Position numbers and translations under genes: made by a program. From positions 1,172 through 65,171 of the forward strand of contig CAMZEM010000001.1 of NCBI GenBank assembly GCA_947305805.1: 64,000 nucleotides of DNA, in the 5' to 3' direction. Source of the DNA: an uncultured Clostridia bacterium (GTDB lineage Bacteria; Bacillota; Clostridia; Oscillospirales; UBA644). How positions within the stretch are numbered: the stretch's first letter is position 1; every line of letters begins with the position of its first letter. This document shows, piece after piece, positions 43,014 through 51,803 of the stretch. The notes below the pieces were generated by a model. The model ran no database searches and was not told where the DNA came from. It saw only the letters and a list, made by a program, of their open reading frames with translations.

Positions 43014-45920
43014 TCAGTCAACCGGGAATCCGAGCTCGTCGCGTTTGTAACGCAGCTCGTCGTCGATGGCTTTAACGTAGTCAAGAAGTGTTTCGCGCGG
43101 GTCCGCAGCGTCGTTTACAACTTTGAGGAACGCGAAGTTAAGGTTACGGGTAAGAGCGTAGGAACCGGGAACCTGCGGATAGCCGACAACGTAGTTGCGC
43201 TGATCCATAAGAACAGCGAGTTCGTCGGATCTCCACGGCATTCTCTGCAAAGCTTCGGTATTCGCCGTAGTGTAACGCGCCGCGGTACCGAGAATGGATT
43301 CTACTTCGCGTCCGTAGTCTACCTGGGCCTGAGCGCCGGTCCACCACTTCATGTATTCCCAGCTTGCCTCTTTGTCTTTCGCAGCCGCAAGCATTACGCT
43401 TGATACCGCCGTTGCGATAACCGAGCGGTCAACCGAGCCGTCTTCCTTCTTTGTTCCGGGTACGGATGTGAAGGACCACAGACCCTTGATTTCGGGAGCG
43501 AAAACGGAGATCTGGTTGTAGAAATCGTATGTCTGAAGACCGAAGGGCATTTCGGCAAATCTGAAACGGTTTGCAAAGTTTGATTCAACGGGCAGCTTGT
43601 AGCTCGTGTAGAGGTCTGTCCACTGAATAAACGATTCGATGGCAACTTCGGAGTCGAGAGCCGTGCTCTTGCCGTTATCGTTGTAAAGCATTCCGCCGTT
43701 CTGATAAAGAAGCGTTTCGAATGCCGGCGGAGCAAAGTCCATATAGCGTTTCTGCAATATCGCTATAAGATCGTATACGTCGTCCCATGTGTCGGGAAGA
43801 TCGAGATTGAATTCTTCAAGGATATCCTGACGGTAGAAGAGAACGAGGAATACCTGCGTTTCGGGAAGACCGTAGTTTAATACTTTTCCATCACCCCAGT
43901 CAAGCGTTGTGGGAACGAGGGCGGAGGGGAGGAACGAAGTTTTTACTTCGTCGAAATCGTCAAATATGTTGAGTTCCTGCAGTGCGTTACGGGCCGCATA
44001 GTTGATTACCGTTTCGGCGTCCTGGTTCATCGCAACGTCGGGGCCTTTGCCTGCGAGCGTTGAGGGAAGAAGAGCGCCGGAAGGAACAAGTTCAAGATCA
44101 ACGTTTATATCGTGGTTGGGAATGAAGCTTCTGTCAACGAGCTGACGCACAACCTGCGCATAGTCACGCGCGGAGGTAACGCCCGCCATCCATACCGTTA
44201 CGTTTTTATCGTAAGAAGCTGAGCTTGTGGCGGATATTGCGTTGACATCCGTAAAGAATGACGAGAAGAACATTGAGATCTGATGTCCGAGTCCCACAAA
44301 AATGTTTGTTTCGGGATCGGGAACCTTGTAGTTGTTCTCGGAAATAAGGATATAGTCGACTTCAAGCGGCTGCTCACGCGCGGAGAGAAGCCAGGAACCG
44401 AGGTTACCTATGTTGTTTTTGAAGCCGGAGAATTCCTTGGGTATCGTGTCGGGCTTTTCAAACATATCGTAAAGCTGCAAAAATACGGTTTCGAGAGTTG
44501 CGGTCTGTTCGCCGCGCTCGCCGAGTATGCGAACAAGCTCGTCATGTATCTTTTTAAGTACGTCCGCCTGAGCTTTCAGGTCGGAGATCGTTTCGGGAAT
44601 TTCATCCTCGAAATCGTAGTCTCTGTACTGGTCGGGGGACTGACCGGTTATCATGATAATGCGGCGGTAGTCTGCGTTGAGTTTTAATACAACCGCTTCA
44701 ACCGCATTTATGATTTCGGACATATCGCCCAGAACCGCTCTGAGACGTATGGTGTTTTCACCTTTATTAAAATGGAAGAGAAGGTCGTTGTTGTATTCGT
44801 CCTTCGGCTGTATCATCTGCCAGCCCGAAGCGTAGCCTACGCGGACAGCGGATGCCTGCTCGTATGCGCTTTCGCCGTTTATGGTAATTTCTCTTGACGA
44901 GAAAGTACCGCTCGATGCGTTCTGGCGCGCGCGGATTGCGAGCTTATACATACCCTCTTCGGGAATGTCTACGGTATATTCAACCCACTGACCGGAAGTC
45001 TTCCAGGTTGACGTACCGCTTGTTGAGCCGAGGATGTTCATTTTTATTGTTCCGGAGCTTGCCGGGGATGTTGCGGGCGACGATCTGTCTGTACCCGCGA
45101 AAAGCGTTGCTTCGGATTTTGCGGACGGATATTCGCACTCGACTTTTGCGATAAGCTCTTTACCGCTCTGATCGAGATATGCGTATTTCGCCATTGCGTC
45201 GTTGTAATCCTGATAGCTTGACGCGCCGTAAAGTCTGAGACCCGAAATTGCGAGAGGCTCGCGGACGGATACGAATGTTATCGTATGTTCGCCCTTCTCG
45301 AAATACCACTGCAAAGCTCCGTCGTAAGAGCCCGACGAGTCTTTCAGGAACGCGCCGTCAACCCATCTGGGCGCTTCAACCTGAACGGGACGCAGCTGGT
45401 TGCCCGATTCGTCGTGAACGAAGTAGTTTTCAAGATCGTTTCTGTCTTTAACGTCGTCGGCGTAAATTCTGTCAAGAGAAGCAGAACGCGCCTCCGTAAA
45501 TAGATACTCTCCGTCGACGAGGACGCCTCTTTCGATAGCGGCACCTTTGCCCTCTATCGGATAATAGTCCACACCGATGGAATACATTCCGGTTTTTTCG
45601 ACGTTAACCGTATACGTTACACGGCTGAGCTCGGTCGTTACCGCAACGTTTGACCTGCCTTCAACCGTCCGGATCTCAGCGTCTCCGTTTTCGTCGGTAA
45701 ACGACGTTACGTCTATCTCGACGGGAGCGTCTGCGATCGCAGTTTTCATGTAGTTCTGAAGGTATTCACCGTAAGAACCGCTCTTGTATACAGGCACAAA
45801 TACCGAAACACCGGTTTCTTCAACGACATCCGATCGCGCAAATGAGATAACGGGCAGAATCTGTACCGCCATCACAGCCGCGATGAATACCGCCAATGCT
45901 TTCAGCTTGCGAATGCGCAC
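43014..45920 (-). CDS. 968-aa extracellular protein: two CBM-like beta-sandwich modules, a helical linker and a C-terminal family-1 solute-binding domain
   Basis: GTG start at 45920 with AAGGAAGGTG 7 nt upstream. Signal peptide without a lipobox Cys (..LPVISFARSD). TYTVNVEKTGMYSIGVDYYP and WVEYTVDIPEEGMYKLAIRARQ resemble CBM6/35-type strands. The C-terminal ~420 aa has the SBP pattern (NVTVWMAG, GKGPDVAMNQ). Confidence 0.8.
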   Translation of the reverse strand: MRIRKLKALAVFIAAVMAVQILPVISFARSDVVEETGVSVFVPVYKSGSYGEYLQNYMKTAIADAPVEIDVTSFTDENGDAEIRTVEGRSNVAVTTELSRVTYTVNVEKTGMYSIGVDYYPIEGKGAAIERGVLVDGEYLFTEARSASLDRIYADDVKDRNDLENYFVHDESGNQLRPVQVEAPRWVDGAFLKDSSGSYDGALQWYFEKGEHTITFVSVREPLAISGLRLYGASSYQDYNDAMAKYAYLDQSGKELIAKVECEYPSAKSEATLFAGTDRSSPATSPASSGTIKMNILGSTSGTSTWKTSGQWVEYTVDIPEEGMYKLAIRARQNASSGTFSSREITINGESAYEQASAVRVGYASGWQMIQPKDEYNNDLLFHFNKGENTIRLRAVLGDMSEIINAVEAVVLKLNADYRRIIMITGQSPDQYRDYDFEDEIPETISDLKAQADVLKKIHDELVRILGERGEQTATLETVFLQLYDMFEKPDTIPKEFSGFKNNIGNLGSWLLSAREQPLEVDYILISENNYKVPDPETNIFVGLGHQISMFFSSFFTDVNAISATSSASYDKNVTVWMAGVTSARDYAQVVRQLVDRSFIPNHDINVDLELVPSGALLPSTLAGKGPDVAMNQDAETVINYAARNALQELNIFDDFDEVKTSFLPSALVPTTLDWGDGKVLNYGLPETQVFLVLFYRQDILEEFNLDLPDTWDDVYDLIAILQKRYMDFAPPAFETLLYQNGGMLYNDNGKSTALDSEVAIESFIQWTDLYTSYKLPVESNFANRFRFAEMPFGLQTYDFYNQISVFAPEIKGLWSFTSVPGTKKEDGSVDRSVIATAVSSVMLAAAKDKEASWEYMKWWTGAQAQVDYGREVESILGTAARYTTANTEALQRMPWRSDELAVLMDQRNYVVGYPQVPGSYALTRNLNFAFLKVVNDAADPRETLLDYVKAIDDELRYKRDELGFPVD

Positions 45921-45993
45921 TGCAAAACACCTTCCTTAATCGTTTGCTTGTAAAACCGCCCGTACGGCTTATTTTACAGCTGTTTGTCTGTAT

Positions 45994-46022
45994 ATTATAA
46001 TATTTTTCTTTTTCCTTGTCAA
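45994..46022 (-). promoter_or_regulatory. perfect consensus sigma-A promoter of the eight-gene operon (TTGACA-17-TATAAT on the minus strand)
   Basis: Reverse complement of 46017-46022 is TTGACA and of 45994-45999 is TATAAT, with a 17-nt spacer. An A-tract upstream is UP-element-like. The leader is about 67 nt. Confidence 0.75.
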
Positions 46023-46062
46023 TAAAAAAATCCCCGTTTATCTATATAAATAAAAAGGGGAT
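46023..46062 (-). terminator. weak candidate terminator downstream of murC
   Basis: On the minus strand, ATCCCC, a 21-nt loop, GGGGAT, then TTTTTTT. The stem is only 6 bp with a large loop. Confidence 0.3.
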
Positions 46063-46361
46063 AAAATCTGTATTTGTATATTATGACTAATATCTTTTGT
46101 TGACGTATCACATTTTTAGTAAACTTTACCCATCATATTTTTGTCACAATTGCGGCGGAATTCAGGAAAAACACAATATATTGACATTTTTTGACGTATT
46201 TCAAAAATAATTCTTTATTTTGTGTCAAGCACTATTTTTTGAAGTTTTTGTTTTGTGAAAAATGCACAAAAATTTCGGCGGGAATAAAGTTTCGTTTTTT
46301 ATCCATAAATTTATCGTTTTTTTATCACGAATTCCGAACATTTTTGCCATACTTCGAAATA

Positions 46362-47747
46362 TCACTCACAGTTCCGCCTTAATTTCTCGCGCTTTGCAAT
46401 GAGTTTTGCCGCCTTGTAAATATCCCCGCGGCCCAGAGTGATAAACAGATCGCCGTCTTTGGCCGTTTCGAAAACCCTGTCTGCGATATCCTCAAAGGTT
46501 TCGCAGTATTCGGCGTTCGGCAGCAGTTTTACAAGGTCAAGCGCGCTTACGTTGTAAAGATCGTTAGTCTCTCTTGCCGCGTAAATCGGAGCTACGATAA
46601 CGTGATCTACGGTTGAGAGCACCTCGGCGAACTCTTTCATCATCATTTTCGTTCTCGAAAACGTGTGCGGCTGATGAATTGCGATAATCCGTCTGAATCC
46701 CACAGCCCTTGCCGTATCGAAAGTTACTTTGTATGCGTCGGGGTGGTGGGCGTAGTCGTCTGCGATAACGGCGCCGTTTACAACGCAGTGATATTCAAAC
46801 CGTCTCTCGTCGCCCGCAAAATCGCAGAGCCCTTTTATTACGGTTTCGGCGTCAAGTCCGTATACCGTGCATGCGGCGGCTGCGGCGAGCGCGTTTTTAA
46901 CGTTGTGTTCGCCGGGGATGGCAAGACGGACGTTTCCCATAAGTCTTTCGCCGTCGTAAAGGTCGAAAGCGGCGCGTCCCTTTATCATTTCAACGTTTTT
47001 CGCGTGAAATCTGCCTTTTTCAAGACCGAAGGACACCGTGCCTCCCTCGTATCCGTCTATCATTTCAAGCGATGCGGCGTCTTCGGCGTTAAATACTACG
47101 GTTCCGCCCGGCTTTGTGTTTTTCAGATATCTTTTAAACGAGTTTATCAGATTTTCGCGCGTTTTGAAGTATTCCATATGGTCCGGCGCAATATTCAGCA
47201 CAACGGAAATATCGCTTTTGAAAAACAGATACGACTCTTTATACTCGCAGCTTTCAAACGCGCATACGGAATCCGTTTCGCCTATTCTGTATCCGTCGCC
47301 CAGCTGCTTCATATGTCCGCCTAAAATTGCGGAAAAATCAAGCCCCGAAGCGAGAAATACCGACGTTATCATCGAGCTTGTTGTGGTTTTTCCGTGTGTG
47401 CCCGCAACGCCTATCGTCTTTTTGTATCCGTCAAGAAGCGCGCCGAGAAGCTCCGCCCTGCGAAAAACGGGTATTCCTCTGTTTTTCGCCTCAACTATTT
47501 CGGGGTTCGTTTCCGCCACGGCCTCCGTTTTTACAACCGCGTCCGGCTGCTCTTTTGCGATATTTTCCGCGGACTGTCCGATATAGACCGTCACGCCTCT
47601 TTTTATCAGTTCGTCCGTTGATTCGGACTGCTGCATATCCGAGCCGCAAACCGTTTTACCGCGTAAAAGAAGTATTTTTGCAAGACTGCTCATCGAGGAG
47701 CCGCCTATGCCCGAAAGAAAAATTTTGCCGTAATTGCCGATATCCAA
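46362..47747 (-). CDS. murC: UDP-N-acetylmuramate--L-alanine ligase
   Basis: 461 aa. TTG start with GGAGA upstream. GIGGSSMSSLA Rossmann motif and the Mur ligase P-loop GTHGKTTT. Confidence 0.9.
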   Translation of the reverse strand: MDIGNYGKIFLSGIGGSSMSSLAKILLLRGKTVCGSDMQQSESTDELIKRGVTVYIGQSAENIAKEQPDAVVKTEAVAETNPEIVEAKNRGIPVFRRAELLGALLDGYKKTIGVAGTHGKTTTSSMITSVFLASGLDFSAILGGHMKQLGDGYRIGETDSVCAFESCEYKESYLFFKSDISVVLNIAPDHMEYFKTRENLINSFKRYLKNTKPGGTVVFNAEDAASLEMIDGYEGGTVSFGLEKGRFHAKNVEMIKGRAAFDLYDGERLMGNVRLAIPGEHNVKNALAAAAACTVYGLDAETVIKGLCDFAGDERRFEYHCVVNGAVIADDYAHHPDAYKVTFDTARAVGFRRIIAIHQPHTFSRTKMMMKEFAEVLSTVDHVIVAPIYAARETNDLYNVSALDLVKLLPNAEYCETFEDIADRVFETAKDGDLFITLGRGDIYKAAKLIAKREKLRRNCE

Positions 47748-47812
47748 AAAAACACATCTCCGTTTCGGTTTTCGCCTGTATTATATATAATGGTAACTTT
47801 CAGAGAGAAAAC

Positions 47813-48400
47813 TCAGTTGAGTTCCTTTATTTTGTTCATCGTAAAATACGCAAAAACAAGGAACACCGCATTTATGCCCGCCGCAATCCAGTCAAGCGGA
47901 AGCGGAAGATTTATAAACTGATTTACGATATAAACTATCGCCAGCGCCGAATAAACTATGCTGAAAACATACATCGCCCTGCAAAGAAACCATTTTTCCT
48001 GCGACTGCATAGAGTATCCGAGCGCAGAGGCAAACATAAACATAAAAACCATTGACAGCGCAAAAAGTATGCTGCCTCCTATGCGGACAAGATAATTTAC
48101 AAGATAGAAAAGAATTGCGAAAATCTGTCCGTCGGGACTGTTAAGCAGCGGTTCGAGCAGAAAGCTCAGGGACGATACAAGCGTAACAAACGTAATTACC
48201 ATAAGCCCCGTTGCCGCCGAGTGCGTCTCTTTGAACCATCTGTTTACGTCTACGGACTTTTCAAGGCCGAACCATATAAGAAGATAGCCCACAAAGTCCG
48301 GCAGAACGTCAAGCGTAACTTCCGCGTTGACGTTTGCCGACACAAACGTATAGTCAAACCTGAAAAGGACGAATAAAAGCCCTACGATTATAAGTCCCAT
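47813..48400 (-). CDS. hypothetical polytopic membrane protein
   Basis: 195 aa with about six hydrophobic helices. AAAGGAGG SD. I recognise no family. Confidence 0.6.
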   Translation of the reverse strand: MGLIIVGLLFVLFRFDYTFVSANVNAEVTLDVLPDFVGYLLIWFGLEKSVDVNRWFKETHSAATGLMVITFVTLVSSLSFLLEPLLNSPDGQIFAILFYLVNYLVRIGGSILFALSMVFMFMFASALGYSMQSQEKWFLCRAMYVFSIVYSALAIVYIVNQFINLPLPLDWIAAGINAVFLVFAYFTMNKIKELN

Positions 48401-48421
48401 ATTTACCTCCTTTGCCGTTTT

Positions 48422-49219
48422 TCAGATAAGCTTTCTCAGAGCGTTTAACGCAATTTCGAAAAGCGCGTCGCCGCCTACGGAAATATCGCCCGTTGCAAGA
48501 TGCGGTTCAAGCGATAAAAATCCGTTGAAATCACGCTCTTTTAACGAATTAATAAGATATTTCAGGTTGCCATCACCCTCGCCCGAAGGAACAACCCTGT
48601 GCTCCGCCTTTTTCGCATCCTTTATATGAAAATATACGGAGTAGTCTTTAAGCAGTTCAAACGCCTCAATCGTATCGTGGCCGTCTATTGTAAAATTTGC
48701 GGGGTCGAAAACCGCTTTTACTTTATCGCTGTTAAGCGTTTTTATCAGATCAAGACAGTTTTTCGCGCTCTCGCCGTAAATGCCGTGTTCGTTTTCGTGC
48801 AGAAGCGTAACATTATACCCTTTTGCCGCCTCAACAAACTTATTCCAGCGTTCAAGCACCTTTTCGCGGTATTTTTCGCATTCGTTCTGCGGCATGTAAA
48901 AGCTGAACATGCGTATATACGCCGTATTCGCCACCGCGGCAAGGTCAAGGGTGTTTTTAAACTTGTCAAGATGTCCTTTAAAATCGTCATTAATGCCTAT
49001 TTTGCCTATCGGAGAGCCGAGCGACGATACGCCGAAGCCGCGGCTTTTCATCTGATTTATTATTTCTTTAAACTCCTTCGGCTTCCAGTCCGAAATATTA
49101 ACTCCGTTTATGCCGCGAAGCTCTATAAACTTAACGCCGTTTCTTTCAAGAACGTTCATCTGCTCCGTTATATTCGCGTTTATCTCGTCGCCGAATGCGG
49201 AAAGCTCAAAATTATACAT
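48422..49219 (-). CDS. sugar phosphate isomerase/epimerase (xylose isomerase-like TIM barrel)
   Basis: ORF 48422-49228 begins at a GTG. The ATG at 49219 (MYNFELSAFGDE) has better AAGGCGGTG spacing. Pattern FIELRG..., LHENEHGIYG, FDPANF, LSLEPH. Confidence 0.7.
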   Translation of the reverse strand: MYNFELSAFGDEINANITEQMNVLERNGVKFIELRGINGVNISDWKPKEFKEIINQMKSRGFGVSSLGSPIGKIGINDDFKGHLDKFKNTLDLAAVANTAYIRMFSFYMPQNECEKYREKVLERWNKFVEAAKGYNVTLLHENEHGIYGESAKNCLDLIKTLNSDKVKAVFDPANFTIDGHDTIEAFELLKDYSVYFHIKDAKKAEHRVVPSGEGDGNLKYLINSLKERDFNGFLSLEPHLATGDISVGGDALFEIALNALRKLI

Positions 49220-49234
49220 ATTTTTCACCGCCTT

Positions 49235-50020
49235 TTATTCTGTGGGAAGTCCGAGCACTTTCGTGCAGTATTCGTAACTTATTTTTAAGCTGTCAAATCT
49301 GTCTCCGGGGCAGGAATCCTGCTCGATTGCGGCATATTTCGCGCCGATGTCTTCGCAAATCTTCGTTATAAGCGCGTAATCCATGTTTCCGTTGCCTATT
49401 TCCGCAAAATCCGGCGCGCCGCTTTCGGGAGAAATTCTGTAATCCTTGTAATGGACAACGCTTGCGCGGCCTTTCAGGTTGTAAAGCCAGCCGTAAACGT
49501 TTACCCCCGCATACTGAAGCCAGTAGCAGTCAGGCACAAACTCAACGTTTTCGTTAAACATGTCAAGAAGTATGTCCATACCTCTCGTTTCGCCCGAAAT
49601 GCGCTTGAATTCGTGCGAGTGGTTGTGATACGCAAATTTCATTCCGTGTTCCGCAAGTCTGTTGCCTATTTCGTTTGCCTTTTTCGCAAAAGCCGTATAT
49701 CCTTCGGCCGTCTGCGGATATTCCCCCGGCATGCCGCCTACGCCTATTACGGGGCAGCCCCACGATTTATGCTCTTTTACAAGCCCGTCAAAATCGTCCG
49801 TAAGGCGCGAAAACGGAGAATGCGTTATGCAGCATTTAAGCCCGTATTCCTTCAGCGTTTCCGTTACAACCGAAGGCGTAACTTTCGTATGTCCCGAAAG
49901 CTGTATAACGTTGTAGCCGATCTCCTTTATTTTTTTCATGGACTTCACAAAATCTTCGTCCGTCTGTATATGCGGATGCACGGTGTAGCACTGCGCCGTA
50001 AGTATCGGTTTCATTTTCAT
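49235..50020 (-). CDS. sugar phosphate isomerase/epimerase (xylose isomerase-like TIM barrel)
   Basis: 261 aa. YHNHSHEF and HYKDY patterns of the AP-endonuclease-2/xylose-isomerase-like fold. ATGA overlap with the upstream radical SAM gene. Confidence 0.7.
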   Translation of the reverse strand: MKMKPILTAQCYTVHPHIQTDEDFVKSMKKIKEIGYNVIQLSGHTKVTPSVVTETLKEYGLKCCITHSPFSRLTDDFDGLVKEHKSWGCPVIGVGGMPGEYPQTAEGYTAFAKKANEIGNRLAEHGMKFAYHNHSHEFKRISGETRGMDILLDMFNENVEFVPDCYWLQYAGVNVYGWLYNLKGRASVVHYKDYRISPESGAPDFAEIGNGNMDYALITKICEDIGAKYAAIEQDSCPGDRFDSLKISYEYCTKVLGLPTE

Positions 50021-51003
50021 CTCTCGCTTTCTTTTATATACGCAATCTTTATTTTTATGTCAAATTCGTCTTCGAGCCGCCGTATGTTTTTCCGCTTCTG
50101 CCCGACTGTTTTCGATACGTCGCTTTCCTTTGCCGCAATGCAGAAAACGCCCGAGAAAACGCCGTTTTTTATTATTTTTTCACGCAGTTTTCTGTATATC
50201 AGCTCGCTTTGGCACATTTCGCCGAACGCCGGATGAAACGCGCCCGCAGCAACGCTGCCGTTTTTTGCCAGATCGGAAGAGTGGAGCCCCGCGCGTATGA
50301 CTTTTATGCCGTTTTTTTCGTAAAAATCAATCAGATCGGCGCAGATTTCAACCGCCTCTTCCACGGACTGCGGAGTGTATCCTCCGCTTATCATCGCTTT
50401 TTCAAGCTTTGTGCCCTTCAATACAACGCAGGGGTAAATTCTCACCGCCTCGGGCGCAAGCTCCGCAATTTTCCGCGCGGTATAAACGTCTTTTTCCCTG
50501 CTGTCGCCCGGCAGCCCCGTCATAGTCTGCAAAACAAGCGAAAATCCGCGCGATTTTATCATCTTTGCCGCAGTTTCCGTGTCTTTTGCCGTATGCCCTC
50601 TTTCGGAAGCAAGCAAAACCGTGTCGTCCATGCTCTGCGCGCCGAGCTCTATTGTTGTAACGCCGTATTCGCCAAGCACGTCAAGTATATGCCCGTTAAT
50701 AAAATCGGGACGCGTTGAAAGGCGTATTCCCGTGATTTTCGGGTATTTTTTTCGGACAGCCGCCGCCGCGGCAAGATAATGCCTCATAAGCGGCTCTTCT
50801 ATGCCCGTAAAACTGCCGCCGAAAAACGCGATATCCGCGCTCGTAAACTTTTTGTCAAGCCCCTCCGCAGCGCTTGAAAGATATTCTTCGAGATCTTCGG
50901 GCGGACGCTGAACGCCGGAAATCTTTTTCTGATCGCAGAACACGCACCCGTGCGGACACGCGTAATGCGGCACAAACACCGGTATCGATGCATGCTTATC
51001 CAT
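50017..51003 (-). CDS. radical SAM protein (ELP3-like N-terminal type)
   Basis: 328 aa. CxxxCxxC cluster motif in IPVFVPHYACPHGCVFCDQKKISG. GGGAGGGAGG SD. Confidence 0.75.
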   Translation of the reverse strand: MDKHASIPVFVPHYACPHGCVFCDQKKISGVQRPPEDLEEYLSSAAEGLDKKFTSADIAFFGGSFTGIEEPLMRHYLAAAAAVRKKYPKITGIRLSTRPDFINGHILDVLGEYGVTTIELGAQSMDDTVLLASERGHTAKDTETAAKMIKSRGFSLVLQTMTGLPGDSREKDVYTARKIAELAPEAVRIYPCVVLKGTKLEKAMISGGYTPQSVEEAVEICADLIDFYEKNGIKVIRAGLHSSDLAKNGSVAAGAFHPAFGEMCQSELIYRKLREKIIKNGVFSGVFCIAAKESDVSKTVGQKRKNIRRLEDEFDIKIKIAYIKESER

Positions 51004-51045
51004 GGCGCACCGCCTCCCTCCCGTTAATCTGAATTTATTTGGTAA

Positions 51046-51792
51046 CTATTTTCTGAAAACAAAAAGATATTCATGTGCAATCAGCAAAAAATTGTATTTG
51101 ACACTGTTTGTTTTCCAATAACCTGTTGCTTTACAATTATGTTGTTCTTTAATAATAATCTCTTTTAATGTGAATCCCGCATCTTGAAATATTTTCATAA
51201 CATCGAAGCTCATCGGTATCATACAGCCTTTTTGGCGAGTATCTCCCATAAGAACCGCACAGAATTTATTTTTTTTCAGAACTCTGTAACTTTCAGAAGC
51301 GACAGGTTTCATTTGAGCAAGAAAATCTTTTACTGTAAGTTGCGATAAATCTTCTTTTATTCCGTCACTGTATTTAATAATATCCGCATACGGAGGATGT
51401 GTGCAAATTAAATCTATGGAATTATCCGCAACAAAATCGAGATTTCTTGCATCTCCTTTATGTATAAAAACATTTCCTTTTGCGGAAGGATAATCAAAAT
51501 CGGTTTTTTCTTTACAGCGGGCAATGGCTTCATCGTTGCAGTCAACACCGATTATATCTCTGTTTAACAACTTTGCTTCAACAAGCGTTGTACCTCCGCC
51601 CGCAAATTGATCAAGAACGGTGTCTCCTTCTTTTGAATATCGCAGTATGATGTTTCTCGGAATATACGGAGACCAATTACCCCGCCATTTTGCGTCATGG
51701 GTTGCCCAATCGCCACGCTTTGGAAAAGACCAGTGCGTTGTCATCTCCAATTCAAAATCATCGGGTTCCCATTTGATTTGCTTCTTTGCCAT
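51046..51792 (-). CDS. DNA (amino) methyltransferase, second methylase of the R-M cassette
   Basis: 248 aa. AdoMet motif LDQFAGGGTTLVEA is followed by the catalytic motif LICTHPPYADII (HPPY variant of D/N/S-PPY). AT-rich. Confidence 0.75.
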   Translation of the reverse strand: MAKKQIKWEPDDFELEMTTHWSFPKRGDWATHDAKWRGNWSPYIPRNIILRYSKEGDTVLDQFAGGGTTLVEAKLLNRDIIGVDCNDEAIARCKEKTDFDYPSAKGNVFIHKGDARNLDFVADNSIDLICTHPPYADIIKYSDGIKEDLSQLTVKDFLAQMKPVASESYRVLKKNKFCAVLMGDTRQKGCMIPMSFDVMKIFQDAGFTLKEIIIKEQHNCKATGYWKTNSVKYNFLLIAHEYLFVFRK

Positions 51793-51803
51793 AAATACCT
51801 CAA

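Noticed and set aside
46191-46382. 63-aa ORF in the AT-rich spacer between murC and the operon promoter
   Set aside because: - It has a non-ATG start and no SD.
- Its product is F/K/L-rich, as expected from AT-rich noncoding DNA.
- It overlaps the murC 3' end.
- The repeated TTGACGTAT words at about 46097 and 46190 were also noted. They gave no convincing plus-strand promoter, since there is no acceptable -10 at 16-18 nt.
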